Of a stretch of 64,000 nucleotides of DNA, positions 63,862-64,000 are shown piece by piece. The stretch lies in the NCBI RefSeq assembly GCF_035655815.1, contig NZ_DASRTS010000035.1, positions 26,050 to 90,049 on the forward strand. Direction: 5' to 3'. Source of the stretch: Lysobacter sp. (GTDB lineage: Bacteria > Pseudomonadota > Gammaproteobacteria > Xanthomonadales > Xanthomonadaceae). Position numbers and translations under genes: made by a program. The notes beneath the pieces were generated by a model that saw only the letters and a list, made by a program, of their open reading frames with translations, did not search any database and was not told where the DNA came from. Position 1 is the first letter of the stretch, and every line of letters starts with the position of its first letter.

Positions 63862-64000
63862 ATGAGCGATCTGAAAGGCAGGGTGGCCCTAGTCACCGGT
63901 GGCAGCCGCGGCATCGGTGCGGCGACGGCATTGCGGCTGGCGCGGGACGGCGCCGACGTTGCGATCACCTACGCCAGTTCCCCGGACAAGGCGCAGGCCG
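63862..64000 (+). CDS. Short-chain dehydrogenase/reductase (SDR), 5' partial at window end
   Basis: [21 protein letters not shown] (TGxxxGIG Rossmann motif). The ORF runs off the window. Confidence 0.8.
   Translation, partial: MSDLKGRVALVTGGSRGIGAATALRLARDGADVAITYASSPDKAQA

Overview
High-GC (about 65-70%) gammaproteobacterial chromosome segment. Gene content and order fit Xanthomonadales/Rhodanobacteraceae; that placement is inferred from synteny and repeat families, not from a search. I support about 60 CDSs. Most are housekeeping: the tesA/ybbA/ybbP divergon, class II ribonucleotide reductase nrdJ, a DegP/MucD-type protease, a yqjD/E/K-like stress operon, and the cell-wall/lipoate block mreBCD-mrdA-rodA-mltB-rlpA-dacA ... 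ybeD-lipB-lipA. Also present are prc, two ABC export modules, an ECF sigma/anti-sigma pair, a DesK/LuxR two-component pair, trehalase, and M1 and M17 aminopeptidases. I found no rRNA, canonical tRNA, CRISPR array, integrase or transposase. The most interesting locus is 8.2-12.9 kb. Two directly abutting, non-canonical tRNA-like elements (8838-8983) sit in a 1.2-kb non-coding, structure-rich island. They lie upstream of a soluble SPFH/Band-7 protein (9393-10526) and the RNA ligase RtcB (10642-11865), which is followed by about 1 kb of mosaic palindromic repeats. This matches an SPFH + RtcB + tRNA-like-ncRNA RNA-repair module that has, as far as I recall, been proposed only from comparative genomics and not characterised experimentally. 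Other points: a long structured nrdJ leader with one NrdR-like box, a REP palindrome translated inside the mrdA C-terminal tail, several REP/MITE-like repeat families, phased ATCCGYG half-sites upstream of lipA, and a two-gene insertion inside the conserved dacA-ybeD cluster. The many long antisense ORFs in the six-frame track are GC-driven shadow ORFs and were rejected.
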